This document shows positions 57,601 through 64,000 of a DNA stretch of 64,000 nt, piece after piece. The stretch's first letter is position 1, and the number at the start of each line of letters is the position of its first letter. The stretch covers positions 12,896,001-12,960,000 of the forward strand of contig CM022672.1 of NCBI GenBank assembly GCA_012295275.1, read 5' to 3'. The notes beneath the pieces are model-generated. The model was not told the origin of the DNA and did not search any database. It worked only from the letters and a program-made list of their open reading frames with translations. This DNA comes from Chrysomallon squamiferum. Lineage: Eukaryota > Animalia > Mollusca. A program made the position numbers and the translations under genes.

Positions 57601-60600
57601 GTTTCTCTGGTCGCGGCTGACCTGACAGGTGAGTCCTCGCTGCTCCCTGCGTCACCGTCACTCGACTCGGCAGGTCGACCGTGACGCGTGGACATGAAGC
57701 GTCGCACCGCGGCCGACTTGGTTTTCTGACGTTTTATTTTAAACGTCTTGCGGCTCTTAGCATCCTGTCGCTGTAGCCGATGTTCCCGAGGCTCTGCGTC
57801 CATGCTAATCAGGGCATCAACGATGTCTTCGTCGTGGATTCGTCCTCGAGCTGGGAAAACAGAAAATAAATTGTTTTAAAGATTTCAAAAACTTGCGTGT
57901 GACAAAGACATATGCTAGTATATTTTTTGTTTTTTCTAATTAAAAACGTATGTGCAGTTATATCACTATTTCTTAAATGTAATTTTAAAATGAACAACCA
58001 CAATATCAGATAAATCAGTTATTTACCTTGGTGTTCTACGAACATTTTTGGACTTCCTTCTGCTTCAACAAGCACTAATGTTTCTAAAATTCAGTTTTAA
58101 AAAGATGAAAACAGAAATACATGAAATAATAAAATTAAAAAAAATAACTTTTCTACAATTTTTAAAAATTTATTTTTTCTTGTACCTACTAAAAAAATAG
58201 AAGTAAAAAAAACAAAACAAAAAAAACATATGTGTGTATATTATTCACCTCCTCCATTAGCAGTGTCTGTCTCCTCATTCTCAAAGATAACTCTGGCTGG
58301 CTCCTCCTGACTTGACTGTTTACTAAGATGTCCTCTCAAACATATTGTTGGCTGACGTTGTAATCGTGATGGTGAAGTTGGTGTAGGTGGTTCTGATAAA
58401 TAAACAGGACATTTTTTTAAAATTTTTAATATTACCTAATCCAACTTACGCACGTTTGTTTCTTAAATGTAGTTTTAAAGGTAGATGAGGTTTAGAAATA
58501 TTGGTATTGTAATTTTATAATTTCATTTCCAACATAATTCTATTCACCAGTAATAACAAATGACTTTAGATCTAGTTTTTGAGGAAATAACATTATTTCA
58601 AATTTGACAAAAGCAGCATGAAGCAATAAATAACTTTATTTAAATAACATAAGACCTCTCAGTCCTGTCTTCATCATTCTATCAAAGACTGACAAAAATT
58701 TGAATAAAAATCATATTACCTGGTGATTCATCATCCATGGTACTCTTTCGAGTAAACTTTTCGAGGATTTTGCTTCCATCCTTAGCCGTGATGCGTTTAC
58801 TAGATTTGCGACGTGCGACAGACGGGCTGCCGTTGCCATCACTTGAACTGATAGCGATGTTCCTCACTGGAGGACTTGACGTAATGCTGGACTGAGAAAG
58901 AATGGTGCCTGAAAATTCAGCAAAACTTTACTTAAAAACCAAAAGTCACACTAATGTCTGGTAAAGGTAGATAACAATAAAATTTTCAGTGCTTTTATGA
59001 TTAAACAAAATCTACTGAACTGCTGAAAATATTAATAAGATGATGTAATGACATTTTTTTTCTACTTACATGTAATTATCAGGTTAGTTTGTCTTTTTCA
59101 CTTCATCATTCCTTGATGTAAAATTTTTACTCTAGTATCAATTTCAGTTATTTTATATTGCTTGGCAATTCCAAATATTTCAGTAAATACTTTGGGAAAA
59201 AATGATGCCCTGTCTCAAAAATTAAGAACATTCAGAAACAGACTGACTTGTTGTAAAAATAAGAAAAATAGAAAAGTTCAATTCTTTTTATAACAAATAG
59301 AAACAACAGAGGAAAATAATTCCTGTTATAACAAAAAGAAAAAGACTCATTCCAAGTTCTGTAAGGATGAAAATTCTGTTTACAACTGACCTCTGCTGGC
59401 TCTTTTTCCAATTCCACCCAGGCTGGGTTTAGGGAGTCCAATAATATCTGCTGCAAACTCGGTGACGCTGGTTTGACGATGACGTTCTGGGATCTGGTTG
59501 TTGGTGAAATCTGACCTGTCCGTGGCAAACGTGGTTGTTCTTGATCTGCTGCTACCTACAGTTAATAAAACCATTTCATTTTATCTTCACTTCTTATACA
59601 GCCAATAACATCTCTGGATATAAAGTTCTTATCAGATAAATCAGTCCTTCCATTCAGAAAGAACTCAGATATATTTATCATACTGATTGCTGTAAAAGTA
59701 ATGTTTTCAGTTTTTGTGATCCTAATATATCCAGATATCCTAAGAAAAAGAAAAACCAAACATAACACATCACTTTGAAGTTTTAATGATATGAATAAAA
59801 GACAGCCAAAAACAGGTTATCAGTAAAATAATTACTTAAATTCAACAACTAACATAATCATATCATATCTTTGTTAGAAATAAACAATTACACAGAAATC
59901 CTGTTTATAAAATTTTAGTTATAAAATTTCTATTGTTTTTAAATAACGCTTTAGAAATTCTATTTGTTTTAACAAAAGGAAAATCAACAAGTTAGAATTA
60001 TAGTATAAAGGACTCACCAGTGCCCACATGAAATATTTCTTCTTTAAGCTGTTTCAGTTCTGTGGCCAGATGCAACAGAATTGTTCCTACAGACTTGGGA
60101 TGAATGTAGCTGAAACCTTTCAGTTTATCCTTGATTGTCGTCTGAAGATAAAACTCTTGTGCGGTGTCACAGTTTACTCGCATCATCTGTAGATAAAACA
60201 TATTAACATCTGATTTCATCTAACACTAATACAATTTACAGTCTTAAAAATAATCATATTCTAAACATAATGGTGCATTTTAAATTCTAAAAATACTGAT
60301 TAAATTTATATTTTGTATTTATCTACATTATAATTTTTGTTTATCATTATAATACTGTTTAAGTCCATGAAACTTTATTTCAGTCCTGTTTCATTTTATT
60401 TAGTCTAAAACATTTTTTATTAAAAATCAATATTATTTATTTTTAGTCATTTATTTTAATACTATTTCATGTTATTTTGTGCAGATTATGACTCTAACAC
60501 TCACCCTAAACTGAATAAATGTTTGAAGGAGCAGGAACAAAGATGGACGATGAGTGACCACAAAGTCAAGGAACTTCCAGAGAGGCAATCCTGTTTTAAA

Positions 60601-63600
60601 ATAACATCAATCCATAGTGTCAATACTACTAATACTACTAATATTACAACAATTTCTTTATTTATTTTTTATTACTGCTACTATTACTTCTCTTATTTCT
60701 ATCACCAACACAACTACTACTACTACTATCATTATCATTATTATTATTATTAAATTTAAAATTACTTGTGTATCTAATTAACAGAGAGAAACTATGGACA
60801 TAGACAGTATCCATTTATAAACTCTATCTGACAAAAATCTTTAAAAAGTTTGACAAATCAATACATAAACCTGTTCCAGTTCAAATTAAAGTTTAAAACC
60901 AGTTAAATCTAACGGTTCTTTAAAACAATATTTTTAAAATATGTATTTATATATTTCACCACACTGTTTTATGTAAAAACAGTTTTAATAACTTAAACTA
61001 TACATGTAGTAGTCAGGTAAACAACCTTTGCCTTTTGTTGCAAGCATCTGAATACATTTAGCCACTCTGTGCCATTCTGGAGCCAACTGTCGGTCGAAGC
61101 ATATCAAGAGTATTTCCAGACCTACAGCAACAATAATACATAAATTAATCTTCACTGTTTTGGTGATTTTTCCATCTATCAGCAGGATTTGTGTATTCAT
61201 AAATTATAATTTCATAAATGATTATATATTATCTAATAATCAAAGGTGAAAATTATGTGACAGACTGAAAACCATTTATTCAAAATTTTGAAACTGGAAT
61301 CTTTCGTTATTGTTTCTCTGTTGTGTTCATAATATTTTTTTTTTCTTTCACACATACAATTAACAACAATGACAATAAGATTATGTCTATAATATCGATG
61401 GTTTCTGCATTTGCACTTTAGTTATTTCCTCAAGAGCTTTTACTGTATTCTAAAATCCAGGACTGTTAAAAGCACAAAAAGAATATTTTTAATATTAGTT
61501 TTATTTCAACAACCAGAACGTGGAAATACATATAAATGAAGAAATATATACAAATGAAAAAAATATATATCTCTTTGCCTTTCTCACTCAATCCAGACAA
61601 CACTAAAATCTGATTTTACATCTTCATTCACCACCATTATCTCACAACACTGACCTGCAAACGCAACGTCCAGCTGATGCTCATTGGCTGAGGAGTAGCT
61701 TTTGTCGTGAGAGATGCTGCCACTACGACTGTACTCGTTGGCAGCCTTAGTACTGTTCTGTACTGATGGTTTGTGTGATGAAGGCATCAACAAGCCAATC
61801 ACAGCATTGAGGACAAACACAACATCTGTCTCTGACAACTTTGGAGTGTCTAAATGAAAGAAAAACAAACATGAGAAATGTGTTACTGAAAGATGAAATT
61901 AATAATGATGTAAGATAATATTTGTAATACTGAATTACAAACAGAATAGAAAATGCAATATTTTTCCAAGCACTATGTCTGTTTCTCATAACTTTGGAGT
62001 GTCTAAAATGAAAGAAAAGTAGACATGAAATGTGTTCTGAATGTGGAAGAAATTAATAATGATGTAAGATAATATAAACTGATTTCTTGATTTCATGATT
62101 AGAATGATATTTTTATGGAATAATTAGTTTTTATTAATTTAATAATTAACAATAACTGAATGTTTTGAAACTATTTTAGCTTTAGATTTCCCATACCTCT
62201 GCGACCACACCCGACTCTGATGGACAGAGGGAGAATGAAGTTAAGAAGTAGATTCATGACTCTGTCAGCTGACTGAAAAGCTGCAGGTCCTCCACAGATC
62301 TGTTCAAGGGAACACTGATCCTGTTGAAAAACAAAAAGATTATTGTATCATAAATTAAGAAAAGCAAAGTGGTACTTGAAATTTAGATTGCATTTGTGGA
62401 CAGTCATTGAAAGAAATATTTATTATATTTAAAGAAAACCATAAAATATAAACTCTGTTCAAGATACCAAATTTACACAAACATGCACACTTACTATGTT
62501 TCTGCATGCATTTAATTCATGAAACAGTTAAAAACTAGCTTCTCTAACACTGAATATTTTTCACTTAATAACCATTTTTTTCAAAATCTCAAATACTATT
62601 TCATAAAATCTCATTTCGTATAACATAAAATCTACTGTTTTTATTTTGGAACAGACTTTCATACATTTAAAAAGTTCAGCTTTGCCAAGAACTAATAACA
62701 AAAATTAATTTTTAAACCTACCCCTAAAGCCATCATCTGCATGGCAACAAGCTTAACAACAGAGGAACAGAAGATGGGTGGAACATCTCTGTAATCTCGG
62801 CCGGTGTGGACATTGCCCATGTTGTCAGTGTAGACACCTCCAGACAGCAGAATGCTGATCAGAACATTCACTAGAGTCTGAAAACAAAAGTTGATATGGG
62901 TTTAAAATCACTGAGACAAAACTGATATTATCTTACAAATAGTTATTCCATTATTTATATATCCAATGAAATTAATCAACTGAATGAGTGCAAAACTGAA
63001 AATACCCAGTGGTAAAAGATTTTGGTCTTCATTTAGTTAATACGAATAAATCAAGAAAATTTCAGTTTCTAATTTCTGTTTGTATAGATAATAATGAATA
63101 GAACAATAAACAAATTTGTTTTTGTTAGGATCATTAAAAAATTTTAAAACTTTAAAAATTATAATTATATGTAGGTTATACATAACAATTTCCAAACACC
63201 TTAAAATTTTAGTAAATACCTTTAGGTGAGGTAGATGAGCAATGTACAGAAATTTTCTCAAAGTTAAATAAACTCCTAAAATGTAAAATAAAACGTGAAT
63301 TAAAAAAAAAAAAATAAAACATTTAAATCTTGATGAACAATCATTCAATAATTATTTTCTTAACTGAACACCAAGTGATGGCCTATCAGGTGAGTTAACA
63401 TTAAATTTAAAGTTGTCATTTCATTAGAAACAAATACTAGTGTTTAAGAAATATATTGTATATACTAGTCTTTAAAAAAGAACGCTAATGTTTTTCAACT
63501 TATTCAAATTATTTTTATTTAAAAGCAAACTGATTATGCATTCATGAAATCATAATCTCAGTGTTTTTTTTTCAATATACATAGTTTAAAGTATAACCTA

Positions 63601-63702
63601 AATAAGATGTCTTATTTTTCTTAACACGTAAAATGTAATATATATATAAATTATCACTTTACCTCTGAGAATCTCAGCAGCTGCTTCCCAGTCAACTTGT
63701 TT
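51689..63702 (-). CDS. UNC80: Protein unc-80 homologue (NALCN channel complex subunit), last 14 coding exons; the gene continues beyond the window end
   Basis: Exons in transcript order: 63702-63663, 63275-63220, 62877-62722, 62320-62197, 61849-61655, 61121-61026, 60590-60505, 60186-60018, 59555-59391, 58908-58720, 58392-58249, 58083-58027, 57850-57477, 52108-51689 (TGA). All are GT-AG and phase-compatible. Peptides KQVDWEAAAEILRGVYLTLRKFLYIAHLPHLKTLVNV, LSIRVGCGRRDTPKL, GLEILLICFDRQLAPEWHRVA, LWKFLDFVVTHRPSLFLLLQTFIQ and HRLQRQDAKSRKTFK match the UNC80 C-terminal region as I recall it. Confidence 0.88.
56690..57300. repeat. About 70-82 bp minisatellite in the last UNC80 intron with a palindromic core
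   Basis: TTTAAAGCTTTAAACAAAC occurs at 56904, 56982, 57064 and 57142, with degenerate copies on both sides. Confidence 0.85.
61820..62075 (-). repeat. Local tandem duplication (offset 153 bp) of an UNC80 3' splice site and exon start
   Basis: AACTTTGGAGTGTCTAAA(A)TGAAAGAAAA...ACATGA..AAATGTGTT...GAAATTAATAATGATGTAAGATAATAT is present at about 61837-61921 and again at about 61990-62075. Confidence 0.85.
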
Positions 63703-64000
63703 CTAGAAAAAGAAAATAATAATTATTTCAAAAAAAAAAAAAAAATGTAAGTATTATAGCTACATCATTCAACAGTACAGAAAAAAACATTTAAAGTTAA
63801 TACCTTGTTTCAGTAAATAAATACAATTATTAACAGAGAAATTAAGATTATAACATCAAAGATTTGTTTCATCTTAAACACATATCTCATAATCTCAACT
63901 TCTCTGTTAATATCTGTGTACATCAGAATATGTACTATAAAATATACAGACAGGCAGAAATAAGAAAGGAATTTATTAAGCTTTTTCATTTATGTAATTT

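Overview
AT-rich animal genomic DNA with many microsatellites and spliceosomal introns. It is probably a lophotrochozoan or mollusc, which is an inference from composition and gene content. I reconstructed three protein-coding genes by hand. (1) Plus strand: an AJM1 (apical junction molecule 1)-like gene with a 6,073-nt first coding exon (2907-8979) and a second exon from 10570 that carries the MYND-type zinc finger and AJM1 C-terminal domain. (2) Minus strand: a complete 18-exon ADAMTSL2-like gene (41809 to 23342, about 972 aa) with one GC-AG intron. (3) Minus strand: the last 14 exons of UNC80 (63702 to 51689), followed by a probable multi-kb 3' UTR. The AJM1 locus is the most unusual. The best splice junction ends the protein at ETTV-stop (GTT TAA), a class I PDZ-binding motif. 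The conserved MYND module continues in the +1 frame and is broken by a second +1 shift near 11510, while the other 33 exons in the window show no frameshift. Possible explanations are recoding, reinitiation or alternative splicing, recent decay of the module, or local assembly error. Other observations: a duplicated, stop-containing 3' splice site and a possible alternative C-terminus in UNC80; a (TG)17 tract at an ADAMTSL2 acceptor; and a sharp CpG-depletion boundary near 44.5 kb. Most small ORFs in the supplied track are microsatellite or antisense artefacts.
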